Source: a bacterium
Lineage (GTDB): Bacteria; Margulisbacteria; Marinamargulisbacteria; GCA-2716485; JAYNIM01
Direction: 5' to 3'
NCBI GenBank assembly: GCA_038109055.1
Contig: JAYNIM010000001.1
Coordinates: forward strand, 523,365 to 587,364
Length of the DNA stretch: 64,000 nt
A program made the position numbers and the translations under genes. The notes beneath the pieces are model-generated. The model was not told the DNA's origin. It ran no database searches and saw nothing but the letters and a program-made list of their open reading frames with translations. Of the stretch, positions 30,240 to 40,428 are shown piece after piece; positions within the stretch are counted from its first letter, which is position 1, and each line of letters starts with the position of its first letter.

Positions 30240-30540
30240 TGTTTTTAATCGTTTCTTCAGTTTTTATTGAAGTCAGATCTATAAAAAATCTCTCTAAATA
30301 ATCACATAGCAGTAAGGCAAGCTCGTTTTTAGTAATATCATCAAACGATCTCACCTTATCAGACGAATCAATAAAAGACACACTCGTCGTATCCTGATTG
30401 AAAAACTTTATTATTCGAAATATCATTTACCACAATCAAATCAAGCTGTTTTGAGTGCCGTTTAACTGTTGCACGAGCAATAACATCCTCACTTTCAGAA
30501 GCAAATCCCACCACGCAGGTCGGGCGTTTTGAATGATGAG
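30229..30540 (-). pseudogene. coaBC: Frameshifted C-terminal fragment of CoaBC (phosphopantothenoylcysteine synthetase)
   Basis: Manual translation KRPTCVVGFASESEDVIARATVKRHSKQLDLIVVNDISNNKVF, +1 shift in a T5 run near 30403, then NQDTTSVSFID...KNELALLLCDYL. Confidence 0.7.
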
Positions 30541-30637
30541 CGTTCTGTTTTTGATATCAAGAAAAGTTTTGAACAGAAGTTAGTTCGTGAAGCAAGACAA
30601 TTGTTTGTGTCTTATGTTCAAGCTAAAAAAAATATTT

Positions 30638-32572
30638 TCATATGCTATAACCATACCTATCAAGTGCTGCTTTACATATTTTATCTAATAACATTTCGTA
30701 AGAAATTCCCGCAAATCCAGCCATTAAATTTAATTTTCCATCCCAGCACCATCCAGGATTAGGATTAACTTCCAATAATTTAAGTTTTCCATAGGCATCA
30801 CATCTAAAATCCATACGAGCATAATCTCGACAATCTAAACGCTCAAATAACATTTTTGAATAATCAATCAACTTGGATTGCTCATCAGCAGACAAAAGTG
30901 CTTCGTGATACGAAATTTTTTGCCAATAAGCAGAATCGGGCATCCATTTTGACTCATATGATAAAATTTTGGGTAATTCTTGGGGAAGTTGATCATAATT
31001 AACCTCTAAAATAGGTAAGGCTTCTACTAAAGATCCATTGCCAATTAACCCAACACTATATTCATTGCCTGCTAAAAATTCTTGTATCAAAATAGGCGTA
31101 TTTGGAAATTGATATGTAAGCTCTGTTAAATAATCCAAGAGTTCCATCGCATTATATACCACCGCATTTTGTGTAATTCCTATCGAGCTATCTCCATAAG
31201 CAGGTTTTAAAAGAGCCGGAAAAACAGAGGGAATATTGGCGGCTTGATCATTAGGATGATAATACGTTTCTTGAGCAACAGGAATACCCATACTATCTGC
31301 AATAGCTCTGACTTTTGACTTATCATAACAAAGAGATAAACAAGTAGGAGCCGCACCTGAGTATGGAACCCCTAATATTTCTAAAAGAGCTGGAATATGC
31401 AATTCCATTTTTGCATTATTTTTAAAGCCTTCATCACACAAATTAAACACAAAATCAGGAGGTGTATGGATTAATTTTTGAAGTAAATCTTTGTGATTAT
31501 CTAAAAAGCTAAGTTGGTAAGTATTAAGCTTTTTTAATGCTTTTTTTAAACACTTTATTGTTTCAAGATCTTCAGTATTAAATTTCCCATCTTTTTTTAC
31601 AGCATCGGGTAAGCGATGATCTCCAAGAATAACGGTCATTCTTTTTTTAACCGTTGTGGATACATGAATATTTTTTTTAGCAGGGGCTTCACACGTTATA
31701 AATAAACGATTGGCCATCATCCCTAAATCTTGTCCACGGGTAGATAAGGCCTGAACCGAACAAAAATCCTTGATTGTTTTAAATCCCAAGTCACTTAATA
31801 TACGCTTTATTTCACTTAATTCATAAATTCTTTCTGCATAAAACTGATCTGCAAGAATTCCTTTTTCTGCATGAGTAATGACTTCCCGTGTTATAATACG
31901 GGTCCCATCTGAACTTAAGCTTCGTTCTCTGTTAACAAAATGTTGCTGGTCTATCCATTCCCATGATCTTGCTTCAAAATGCTGCCTCATCCATGATCCA
32001 TCCACAATATCTAACACCAATTTACCTTTTGATTTCAGCAGCAATAAAATTGAATTTAAAATAGAAATATCATCTTCTTCTCGTTCAAAATAACCAAAAG
32101 AATTTCCTAATAAAAACACACAATCTACAGAATGAGAGACCCCTTTTAATTTGCGGGCATCTCCTTCCGAAAATTGAATACGCAAGCCTTTTTCAAGTGC
32201 ACGTTTTCTAGCTAATCTTATTAAATAACGCGATCGATCTATCCCTTTTACCTTGCTAAATCCCCTACGGGCCAATTCTATAGAATGACGACCTTGACCA
32301 CAACATACATCCAATAACTGGTCATTTGTGCTAATACCGGTAGCTTTTATAAGCAAATCAATTTCATATTTGGTATTAAGATCATTTTCAACCACATCTC
32401 CATCTGTTTTTAAATATAAGGAATTAAAAATATTTTTCCACCAATCCGAAGGCAAATGCCTTTCTAAATCAGAAATAGGACCCAAGGATTTCAAAGGTTT
32501 TACAGTTTTATCTATTTTTTTTGTAAGCACTTCTTTTTTTTTGATTTTTATATTCACCAAGATATCTCCCAA
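30638..32572 (-). CDS. Class I SAM methyltransferase fused to a D-Ala-D-Ala ligase-like ATP-grasp domain
   Basis: LLDVCCGQGRH; VFNLCDEG, LKPAYGDSSIGI, QEFLAGNEYSV, DYARMDFR, LEVNPNPG. Confidence 0.85.
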   Translation of the reverse strand: MGDILVNIKIKKKEVLTKKIDKTVKPLKSLGPISDLERHLPSDWWKNIFNSLYLKTDGDVVENDLNTKYEIDLLIKATGISTNDQLLDVCCGQGRHSIELARRGFSKVKGIDRSRYLIRLARKRALEKGLRIQFSEGDARKLKGVSHSVDCVFLLGNSFGYFEREEDDISILNSILLLLKSKGKLVLDIVDGSWMRQHFEARSWEWIDQQHFVNRERSLSSDGTRIITREVITHAEKGILADQFYAERIYELSEIKRILSDLGFKTIKDFCSVQALSTRGQDLGMMANRLFITCEAPAKKNIHVSTTVKKRMTVILGDHRLPDAVKKDGKFNTEDLETIKCLKKALKKLNTYQLSFLDNHKDLLQKLIHTPPDFVFNLCDEGFKNNAKMELHIPALLEILGVPYSGAAPTCLSLCYDKSKVRAIADSMGIPVAQETYYHPNDQAANIPSVFPALLKPAYGDSSIGITQNAVVYNAMELLDYLTELTYQFPNTPILIQEFLAGNEYSVGLIGNGSLVEALPILEVNYDQLPQELPKILSYESKWMPDSAYWQKISYHEALLSADEQSKLIDYSKMLFERLDCRDYARMDFRCDAYGKLKLLEVNPNPGWCWDGKLNLMAGFAGISYEMLLDKICKAALDRYGYSI

Positions 32573-32762
32573 TCATTTAAAAATTTATTTAGTTAAATAT
32601 TCATTTTATACAAAAAAACTTAAATAAAAGAAAGCATTTTTTAAACTCAAAAAAAAATCAACCCTTAAAAGAAATTTCAATATTTCTAATGCATATTACA
32701 TCGCTTTTTTTGGTGAGTCTGTTTATTATGTTTTGCTCGTATTTTTTTAAATATTTCTTTAA

Positions 32763-33852
32763 CTGCCTCATTAAATTGCACTAAAGAAAAACCTTAAATT
32801 GCACTAAAAAAACCAAACTACAGTAAAAAACAAAACAAGAAACACTTTTTTTAATTTAACCCCTAATTTTTCTTCATTCAAAAAAACGAGGATTATGCCG
32901 TTAAATACTGATTATGAACCCACATATAAATATGTAAATGGTCAATCAAATGGGAGATTTTTTTTGTTGTGCCCCAGGTACGCCGAATCAGGCGATTGAT
33001 ATTGGCCCTGAGCATTGCAAAGGTGTGATTAATGATAAAAATGGGGTCTCTTTTGACCTTTTTGAGCTCGCCTTGCCCGGCAACACAGCTTTTATGACCC
33101 TTGAATTGCTGGTAAATAGCGTGTGGAAAATGGCGTTTAACGATGTGTTTATAAAAGCGGCATTCATCTGATTTAAGATGAATTTCGTGGGCTAAATGCT
33201 GCTTCAAATCCTGAAATAATGCGTTCATTTTTTGACGTCTTTCATCGGGTCGATGACCGTATTTTCTAACCGATATTTTCGCCAAATGACCCGTCGCAGG
33301 CATGATTCCAACCTGAAAACCCAAGATTTTACGTGTTGTTTTGGACACCGCCAGCGCCACTGAAAGCGGCTTACACTTGCTATGTTCATAGGTTTGTAGC
33401 TCATCAAATTGCACCTCTTTGACATTGCTAAAACGCGTGAGATCATTCTGCATTTTTAAGCGAGCCTGCTCAGCAAGATAGCGGGCTTTTCGGGCAATGG
33501 TATTTTTATTAACGTTAAACATCAGCGCCAAACGCCGTTGTGAGTTTAATGATGCCAATGCAATCTTAATTGAATGGTTAAGATGACGTTTTTTTTGACG
33601 ATAGGCCGGATCAAAGGTCGCTTGTGAAAAATATTTTTTACACACTTTACACCAATACCGTTTAACCACCCTCCCATCCGATTTTCGCTTAAAACTGCCC
33701 GCCTTTCTGGCGTTTTGTTGACTGCAACAACTTTGTATGGGGCGTTGGGACATAAAAATAAATTAACAGAAAGAAACTAATTTGTAAATTCTATTTATTT
33801 TTATTTAAATTACATATAATAAGCTTGCTTTTGTTGCAATTTAGGGGGGCAG
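32763..33852 (-). mobile_element. 1090-bp insertion sequence with imperfect 22-bp terminal inverted repeats, flanked by TTAA
   Basis: CTGCCTCATTAAATTGCACTAA at 32763 vs reverse complement of 33831-33852 CTGCCCCCCTAAATTGCAACAA (17/22); TTAA at 32759-32762 and 33853-33856. Confidence 0.8.
32893..33753 (-). CDS. DDE transposase, IS1-like (Zn ribbon, HTH, catalytic domain)
   Basis: RYWCKVCKKYF, VQFDELQTY, LKSDECRFY, INHTFAMLRANINRLIRRT. Confidence 0.8.
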   Translation of the reverse strand: MSQRPIQSCCSQQNARKAGSFKRKSDGRVVKRYWCKVCKKYFSQATFDPAYRQKKRHLNHSIKIALASLNSQRRLALMFNVNKNTIARKARYLAEQARLKMQNDLTRFSNVKEVQFDELQTYEHSKCKPLSVALAVSKTTRKILGFQVGIMPATGHLAKISVRKYGHRPDERRQKMNALFQDLKQHLAHEIHLKSDECRFYKHIVKRHFPHAIYQQFKGHKSCVAGQGELKKVKRDPIFIINHTFAMLRANINRLIRRTWGTTKKISHLIDHLHIYMWVHNQYLTA

Positions 33853-34530
33853 TTAATATGGTTTATCCAGTTCTTCTCGAAGTTCTAGTACTAATTCAAA
33901 ATCACGTGTTACCTGTTTTTTAATCTCAAGAATCTCGTTTATTTCTAATTGAGTGGGAAGGTCGGTGCTGTTGGGTTGTGAAGGATTGTTTAATCCTGTC
34001 TTACTCATATCAAATAAGCTGCTGAATTGTTTCTGTGTCGTCATACCTTGGTACTGATCAAAAATCCCCATGCCTGTGGGGCTTGTTGAACTGCGATTAC
34101 CCAACAAATCAATGGTCATATCTTCTTCTGGCGTGTCTGACTCCTCAGTTTCTTCTGCCAGTTCAGATAGCCCTGCATTCGCTGAAAAAGCTTTGAGCAA
34201 ATTTGAAAGTAAACTCTGTTTTAATTGGGTTACGTTTTGTTCGAATAGGGTAGCATGATCCTTTTTTACTTTGTTCAAATTACTTAATAAGCGTTCGATT
34301 AATGCAAGAGCATCTTCTTTTTTTTGAGGGTCTAGCTGGGATAGCTCCACCTCTTTTTTGATTGTCTGCAGTTGTTCTATTTTTTGTTTTATGTCTATCT
34401 GTGTACTGCTTTCTGCTAATAATTTTGTAAACTCTGCTGATTGGAGTGGCACTGCCTCTGTTCCAGCTGTAAATTGTGGGCTAGCTATTGTTTTAAATGT
34501 ATCTCCTAACTGATTAAATCCTAATGTCAT
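33853..34530 (-). CDS. Hypothetical coiled-coil protein; its stop codon lies in the IS-flanking TTAA
   Basis: 225-aa ORF with AGGAG RBS; no recognised domain. Confidence 0.65.
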   Translation of the reverse strand: MTLGFNQLGDTFKTIASPQFTAGTEAVPLQSAEFTKLLAESSTQIDIKQKIEQLQTIKKEVELSQLDPQKKEDALALIERLLSNLNKVKKDHATLFEQNVTQLKQSLLSNLLKAFSANAGLSELAEETEESDTPEEDMTIDLLGNRSSTSPTGMGIFDQYQGMTTQKQFSSLFDMSKTGLNNPSQPNSTDLPTQLEINEILEIKKQVTRDFELVLELREELDKPY

Positions 34531-34565
34531 TTCAACTCCTTATAAAGACACTATCGTTTCTCTTT

Positions 34566-35864
34566 TTAAGAAACTTGCATCTTTTCGCGTGTTAACCATT
34601 TTTGTACACGCGTATCTACCCGAAGATGAGACAATGTGAGGGGTTGTTTGAGCCGTAATCCTGCTAAAGAGCAACAACGGCTGAGTGCCACATAGGCCTG
34701 TCCACTGGCAAAGGTCCCATAGCCAAAATCAATATAGACCTTCTCAAAAGTTTTTCCTTGGCTTTTATGAATTGTCATAGCCCAGGCTAATTTTAAGGGG
34801 AATTGGCGAAAATCGCCCATTTTTTCTTGCTCAATCTTTTTGGTTTCGGCATCGTAGGTATAGCGATACAGTTCCCACTTATGGGGCTCAACTGTAACCT
34901 GTTGGCCGTTTTGTAAGATAACCTGCATGCTCGTTTCCTGTGTATCGATTTGGCTAATTTCTCCGATACTGCCATTCACCCATCGATCGTCGCTATCGTT
35001 ATTTAAAAACATGACTTTTGCACCTACTTTCAACTTAAGTTCCGGCTCTGTTGGGAAACGTTTCTCATCAAATCTTCCGCTACTTTCAGCCTCAAAAACC
35101 TGTTCTTTTGTGTGTAGTTGAGCTAGGGCTTCTTGATTGCGTTTATCTGCTTGGGCATTGGTTGAACATAGCCATATATAATCTGCTGTTACGGGGGTTG
35201 TACTATTTACTACGCTTTGATTTAAACTGGCTAGTTGAAGGGGGGAGATACTTCCTTGTCGAATTTCATTGAGAATCTGAATAAAATCGGGGTCTTGTTG
35301 TCGATAAATTTTTTCTAAATGTATCTGTGAAAGGGATAGGTGTTTGCAAGCATCTCCTGAAAAAAAGAAAGGGCTATCGTAACGGTCTGAGATATAATCT
35401 CGATCAGAGTGGGTTACAACGGGTGGTAATTGATATAAATCACCAATAAAGACCATTTGTTTAGCTGCAAAGGGACGTTTATCTGCAAGTGCTGCTTGTA
35501 AATACTGATCAATACAGTCCAGCATATCTGCACGCAACATCGATACTTCATCGATCACTATGGTATCAATCATCTCTAAAAAGTCTGTATTTTTTATTTT
35601 AGCTCCCTGTTTAGCCGCACTTTCAGGGGTAACGTTTATTTTAAATTTGAAAAATGAATGAATGGTTTCCCCCTGCACATTAAGGGCTGACACCCCTGTT
35701 GGCGCTAAGACCACCACGCGTTTTTGGGTATGGGTTTTGAAATATTGTAAGAGGGTTGATTTACCGGTACCTGCTTTCCCCGTAATAAAGAGACTGTCTT
35801 GGCTATGCTCTAGTTTATCTAGCGCGGTTTTAAATTCTGTATTGAGATCAAGTTTACTTAGCAC
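34566..35864 (-). CDS. Pif1/RecD-like SF1B DNA helicase
   Basis: GKAGTGKS, LAPTGVSA, IDEVSM, GDLYQLPPV, QFPLKLAWAMTIHKSQG, GQAYVALSR. Confidence 0.92.
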   Translation of the reverse strand: MLSKLDLNTEFKTALDKLEHSQDSLFITGKAGTGKSTLLQYFKTHTQKRVVVLAPTGVSALNVQGETIHSFFKFKINVTPESAAKQGAKIKNTDFLEMIDTIVIDEVSMLRADMLDCIDQYLQAALADKRPFAAKQMVFIGDLYQLPPVVTHSDRDYISDRYDSPFFFSGDACKHLSLSQIHLEKIYRQQDPDFIQILNEIRQGSISPLQLASLNQSVVNSTTPVTADYIWLCSTNAQADKRNQEALAQLHTKEQVFEAESSGRFDEKRFPTEPELKLKVGAKVMFLNNDSDDRWVNGSIGEISQIDTQETSMQVILQNGQQVTVEPHKWELYRYTYDAETKKIEQEKMGDFRQFPLKLAWAMTIHKSQGKTFEKVYIDFGYGTFASGQAYVALSRCCSLAGLRLKQPLTLSHLRVDTRVQKWLTREKMQVS

Positions 35865-37510
35865 AGGGCTAATGCTTCTCGTTTTTCTTGAACAATGTGA
35901 TTGTTCATATAGTCTTCTAAATTCGAGCGATGATCGATAAAGCCTGTTTCGGAAATTTCGATAATTCGATTGGCCACGGTATTTAACAATTGGGTATCAT
36001 GTGAGGTAAAAATTATACAATCTGACACCTGTTCTAAGGCCGTATTTAGTGCCGAAATACTTTCTAAATCTAAATGGTCTGTGGGCTCGTCAAAAATTAA
36101 TACGTTGGGCTCTTTAAGCATCATGCGTGAAAACATTGCCCTGGCTTTTTCACCTCCTGATAAAACCCGTACCGCTTTGTTAACCTCATCTCCCGAAAAT
36201 AACATACGTCCCAGATACCCCCGAATCTCTTGACTATCTTCTATGGGGGATCCCTCCATTAACCAATCTAATAATGATAAATCACTGTCAAAATAGGCAT
36301 TATTATCTTTAGGAAAATAAGCATGTTGGACACTTTCGCCCCATTTCAGATGACCTGTATCAGGTGTTTGTTCACCCGCAATAACGGATAGTAAGGCTGT
36401 TTTTGCCACTGAATTTTTGCCAATAATTGCGACTTTTTCACCTTTTGTAATTTCAAAAGACAGATTTTTACACGCAGCTACTCCTTCAATATGTATACTT
36501 ATATTTTCGGCCTGTAACACACGATTCCCCAAGCTTCGTTGGGCTTTAAATTGAATGAAAGGTGCCCGTCTGATCGATACAGGTAGTTCATCTGGGCGTA
36601 ATTTTTCGATTAACTTTTTTCGTGATGTTGCTTGTTTCGACTTTGAGGCATTGGCTGAGAAGCGGCGCACAAATTCTTCGAGTTGTTGGACTTTTTTGCT
36701 ATCTTTAGCAGCTTGATCTTGGCGTTGTTGGATGGCTAGCTCACTTGCTTGTCTCCAAAAACTATAGTTTCCAGGATAGATTTTTATTTTACCGTAATCA
36801 ACATCGGCAATGTGGGTGCAGACTTTATTTAAAAAATGTCGATCATGCGACACCACTATCACCGTATTTTTAAAATCTAAAAGATAATCTTCTAACCAAA
36901 CAATGGTTTGATAATCTAAGTGGTTTGTTGGTTCATCTAAGAGAAGAATGTCAGGTTCAGCAAATAAGGCCTGAGCTAATAATACCTTAAATTTGTCTGC
37001 GGCCTCGAGATATTTCATTTCTTTGTCGTGTAGTTCTTCTGTGAGCCCTAATTCGCTAAGCATCATTGCAGCATCAGTTTCGTGGCGATAGCCATCTAAT
37101 TCACCAAATTCTCCCTCTAAATTGCCTACACGTTCACCTTCAGCATCACTCAACTCATCTTTGGCGTATAATTCTTGGCGTTCTTTATAAATCTTATACA
37201 GTTTTTTATAGCCCATCATCACGGTATCCAGAGCCTTCTCATCATCATAGGCAAATTGATCTTGTTTTAGCACCGATAAGGTGGCACCTGGTTCGACATG
37301 AATCTGTCCTTCAGTCGGCAAGATATCTCCGGCAATAATTTTTAATAAGGTTGATTTACCAGCACCATTGGCACCAATCAACCCATAGCAATTTCCAGGC
37401 ACGAATTTTACACTCACATCTTGAAAAAGTGTTTTAGATCCAAACGATAAGGTTAATTTGCTGGTTGTAATCATTGTTTCTGTCTCCTTTGAATCTTTAA
37501 TGGTAGCCAA
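35858..37510 (-). CDS. ABC-F family ATPase (YbiT-like); start probably near 37474
   Basis: Two NBDs (GANGAGKST; LSGGEK, FDEPT), linker FSANASKSKQATSRKK, no TM segments. Confidence 0.9.
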   Translation of the reverse strand: MATIKDSKETETMITTSKLTLSFGSKTLFQDVSVKFVPGNCYGLIGANGAGKSTLLKIIAGDILPTEGQIHVEPGATLSVLKQDQFAYDDEKALDTVMMGYKKLYKIYKERQELYAKDELSDAEGERVGNLEGEFGELDGYRHETDAAMMLSELGLTEELHDKEMKYLEAADKFKVLLAQALFAEPDILLLDEPTNHLDYQTIVWLEDYLLDFKNTVIVVSHDRHFLNKVCTHIADVDYGKIKIYPGNYSFWRQASELAIQQRQDQAAKDSKKVQQLEEFVRRFSANASKSKQATSRKKLIEKLRPDELPVSIRRAPFIQFKAQRSLGNRVLQAENISIHIEGVAACKNLSFEITKGEKVAIIGKNSVAKTALLSVIAGEQTPDTGHLKWGESVQHAYFPKDNNAYFDSDLSLLDWLMEGSPIEDSQEIRGYLGRMLFSGDEVNKAVRVLSGGEKARAMFSRMMLKEPNVLIFDEPTDHLDLESISALNTALEQVSDCIIFTSHDTQLLNTVANRIIEISETGFIDHRSNLEDYMNNHIVQEKREALALC

Positions 37511-37591
37511 AAACCCTCATTAGGGCAAACTTTAGCTGTGGATTGTCAAATTTGAATATCTGTATGATCAAATCAATGTTATACTTTTTTT

Positions 37592-38353
37592 ATGACCGAA
37601 GCACTGTCTAAGGCCTTAAATATGGCCCATCAAGGCTATCGAACCCCCTCTTTGTCGACACGTGACAGTTCCCCGCATTTTGATCGCGTTCTTCATACGA
37701 AAGTTCAAGCTAGTCATCGACAATCTGTCTCTCAGGGCTATCCCCCTACCCCGAATGATATTCAGGGCCTTGTTTTGACAGCCTCTGGTATTGCTGCGCG
37801 TGATACCTCTGCTTTTTCGGATGTCCAGGCCTTTTTTTTAGCCAAGCAGCGCTTGGGTGATCAGGCGGTGATTCAGCTTAGTTTACAGTTGCAACAGACC
37901 CCTAATACCCTACAGCATCTTATCTTGGGTCATAATGGCATTACGCCCTTTGCTGCGGCTGCTTTGGCAGATCTTTTGAAAGTGAATCACTTTATTGGTT
38001 GGTTAGTTTTAAATGGGAACAAACTCTCTGATCTTGGCGCCCAGAAATTGGCAACAGGTCTAGCTAAAAATAAGGGTCTTATCCACCTTATTCTTGATGA
38101 TAATGACATCTCTGATCTTGGTGTTTCTGAGCTTTCAACATCACTTAAAGAGCATCCTACTCTTGAAAGTTTGTTTTTGAAGAATAATGCTTTAACAGAT
38201 CGTAGTAAGGATGCGCTTGTTTCTCTCTTACTTCATTCTCATTCGCTAAAACGCCTGGATCTTCGAGGCAACCCTCGTTTATCCCAGAAAACAAAAGAAA
38301 GCTTATTGCAGATTGCCCACCAAAAGGGGCGTCGAGTACTACTTGATCAATAG
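37592..38353 (+). CDS. Ribonuclease-inhibitor-type leucine-rich repeat protein
   Basis: 28-aa LxxLxLxxNxI repeats: LQHLILGHNGI, WLVLNGNKL, LIHLILDDNDI, LESLFLKNNAL, LKRLDLRGN. Confidence 0.85.
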   Translation: MTEALSKALNMAHQGYRTPSLSTRDSSPHFDRVLHTKVQASHRQSVSQGYPPTPNDIQGLVLTASGIAARDTSAFSDVQAFFLAKQRLGDQAVIQLSLQLQQTPNTLQHLILGHNGITPFAAAALADLLKVNHFIGWLVLNGNKLSDLGAQKLATGLAKNKGLIHLILDDNDISDLGVSELSTSLKEHPTLESLFLKNNALTDRSKDALVSLLLHSHSLKRLDLRGNPRLSQKTKESLLQIAHQKGRRVLLDQ

Positions 38354-38367
38354 TTAATATATTATTT

Positions 38368-39129
38368 TTAATTTACGAAAAGTCTTAAAGAGTTTTGGTA
38401 ACATTTCTGGCTACACTCTCGTAGATCTATCTGTTTCACTTCTGCGATTTTTTGCGCAATTTCTGGCAAATATGCAGGTTGATTGGACTGGCCCTTGTAA
38501 GCTAAAGGTGTCAAATAAGGACTATCTGTTTCGATTAAGCAATGATCCAAATCTAAGACTTTAATCGCCTGAATGGTTTTACCTTTTTTTGCATGGGTAA
38601 TCTGGCCTGTAAAGGAAAAATAATGATTATCTGCCGCTAAGGTTTCAAGAAGTTGTGGCCCCCCTGCGAAACAATGAAAAATCTTGGTTACCTCAGGGAA
38701 ATTTTTTGTGATGGCAACGATATCTGCATCAGCTTTTCGGTTGTGAATGATCACAGGTAGCTTATAGCGCTGTGCTAGATCTAACTGGAAGGTAAAAACT
38801 CTTTGTTGCGCGGCTTTATTCTCTTGTTGCCAGTAATAGTCTAAGCCAATTTCTGCAATAGCCACTATTTTTTGATGGTTGACCTTTAGAAGATCTTCTA
38901 ACTCTCCCATCTTATCAAAATCGTTGGTTTCACAAGGATGAATGCCCACCGTGGGCAAACAATTGGGTTGGCGTTGATGTGTCACCAATACTTTTCGACT
39001 ACTACCGATATTGATTGCGATATTCACAATATGCGTTAAACCTGCCTCGTGGGCAGCGTCTAATAGGTCGTTCTCCTTTTCTTTACACAAATATAGATGC
39101 GCATGTACATCTATGTACTTATTTCTCAT
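38368..39129 (-). CDS. tatD: TatD family hydrolase (ORF track extends to 39207; ATG at 39129 preferred)
   Basis: IDVHAH, VGIHP, EIGLDYY, IIHNR, FHCF, IETDSPYL. Confidence 0.92.
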   Translation of the reverse strand: MRNKYIDVHAHLYLCKEKENDLLDAAHEAGLTHIVNIAINIGSSRKVLVTHQRQPNCLPTVGIHPCETNDFDKMGELEDLLKVNHQKIVAIAEIGLDYYWQQENKAAQQRVFTFQLDLAQRYKLPVIIHNRKADADIVAITKNFPEVTKIFHCFAGGPQLLETLAADNHYFSFTGQITHAKKGKTIQAIKVLDLDHCLIETDSPYLTPLAYKGQSNQPAYLPEIAQKIAEVKQIDLRECSQKCYQNSLRLFVN

Positions 39130-39212
39130 CTTACTACTATACGTTTTCTCCTGTTTTATTGTACATCTTAATTTATGTTTAACCTGACAATATTGTGGGT
39201 ATAACATCTAAT

Positions 39213-39632
39213 ATGGACACGAAACAACTGATTGATTTATTAAACCAAGATTTGGCCAATGAACTCATGGCTATTATGCAATATCTTCATTATGCAGCTC
39301 GCGTGGATGGCCCTTATCGCTTGGTCTTACGTGACTTTTTTAGTGCTGAAATAAACGAAGAGAAAGAGCATGCTCTGTATTTGGCTGAAAAAATTATCAC
39401 CTTGGGTGGTGACGCGACCTGTGTACCAAATGCCGTCCCTAAGGTTCAGGGAAACAAGGCCATGCTAGAAGCTGTCTACGAATCTGAACTTCAGGCTATT
39501 CACGACTACACAGAACGTAGTAAACAGGCAGATTCTCTTGGTTTTAAAGCATTGAGTTTAAAACTTGAAGAATTTATTGTTGATGAAACACGTCATAAAG
39601 AAGAAGTGGAACGCTTACTTAAGGGTTGGTAA
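39213..39632 (+). CDS. Ferritin-like / bacterioferritin-like diiron protein
   Basis: LNQDLANELMAIMQY, EEKEHA, ELQAIHDY, DETRH ferroxidase ligands. Confidence 0.85.
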   Translation: MDTKQLIDLLNQDLANELMAIMQYLHYAARVDGPYRLVLRDFFSAEINEEKEHALYLAEKIITLGGDATCVPNAVPKVQGNKAMLEAVYESELQAIHDYTERSKQADSLGFKALSLKLEEFIVDETRHKEEVERLLKGW

Positions 39633-40428
39633 TTCTTTTTATTGTAGGTCTTTCTTTTTGAGACAATAGATATTTAAGAATCACACTCAACCCCCATATT
39701 AGGGACAGTATTAACATAACACAATAACTAGGTGGCACATCTATGATCATCGAAACAAATAAGCCCACAAGAGATGCACTTATCCCAATTCCCCATCCTA
39801 TTAGTACTTGATGTTTGAACGTGTTTGTAAACATGACTGCAGATAAAAGAGGGATGACTAAAAATGAAAATACTAGTAACACCCCTACCATTTTAACTGA
39901 TGACGTCACCACCGCTCCAAACAAGATATAAAAAACAATATTCCATTTTTGAGAAGATGTGGTCAAGAAATAACGATGTAAGCTGATCAATAACAGGCCT
40001 ATCCCTAGATATAATCCATAGGCAATTATCAATTCAGTGGGCTGGATAAATAGTAGGTGCCCTGCTAACATCTCGCGTAAATGATGCCCGTCCATACCCG
40101 TACTTGAAATTACGCCCGTTGCTGTTGCTGTTGCAATAATATACATGACACCAATGACCGCTTCTTGAAGATTTATTTTATTATAAAATGGTTTTAATAC
40201 CGTCAGTATCAAAGAGGCAACTATGGTAAAACTAAAGCCTATCAAAAATAAGATATAATGGTTATCAATATCCGCCCAGCGCCCGACTAAATAGCCAAGC
40301 GCTGCCCATTGTGCAAGTGCAAGATCAATAAATAAAACCCCTCGTCTTAAGACAAAGACCCCAAAATATACATGAATAAGGACTAATACCATACACGCTA
40401 AAAAAGGGAGAAATATAAGGGAGATCAT
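39619..40428 (-). CDS. Zn/Mn ABC transporter permease
   Basis: VLRRGVLFIDLALAQ, VTSSVKMVGVLLVFSFLVIP; multiple TM helices. Confidence 0.88.
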   Translation of the reverse strand: MISLIFLPFLACMVLVLIHVYFGVFVLRRGVLFIDLALAQWAALGYLVGRWADIDNHYILFLIGFSFTIVASLILTVLKPFYNKINLQEAVIGVMYIIATATATGVISSTGMDGHHLREMLAGHLLFIQPTELIIAYGLYLGIGLLLISLHRYFLTTSSQKWNIVFYILFGAVVTSSVKMVGVLLVFSFLVIPLLSAVMFTNTFKHQVLIGWGIGISASLVGLFVSMIIDVPPSYCVMLILSLIWGLSVILKYLLSQKERPTIKRITNP

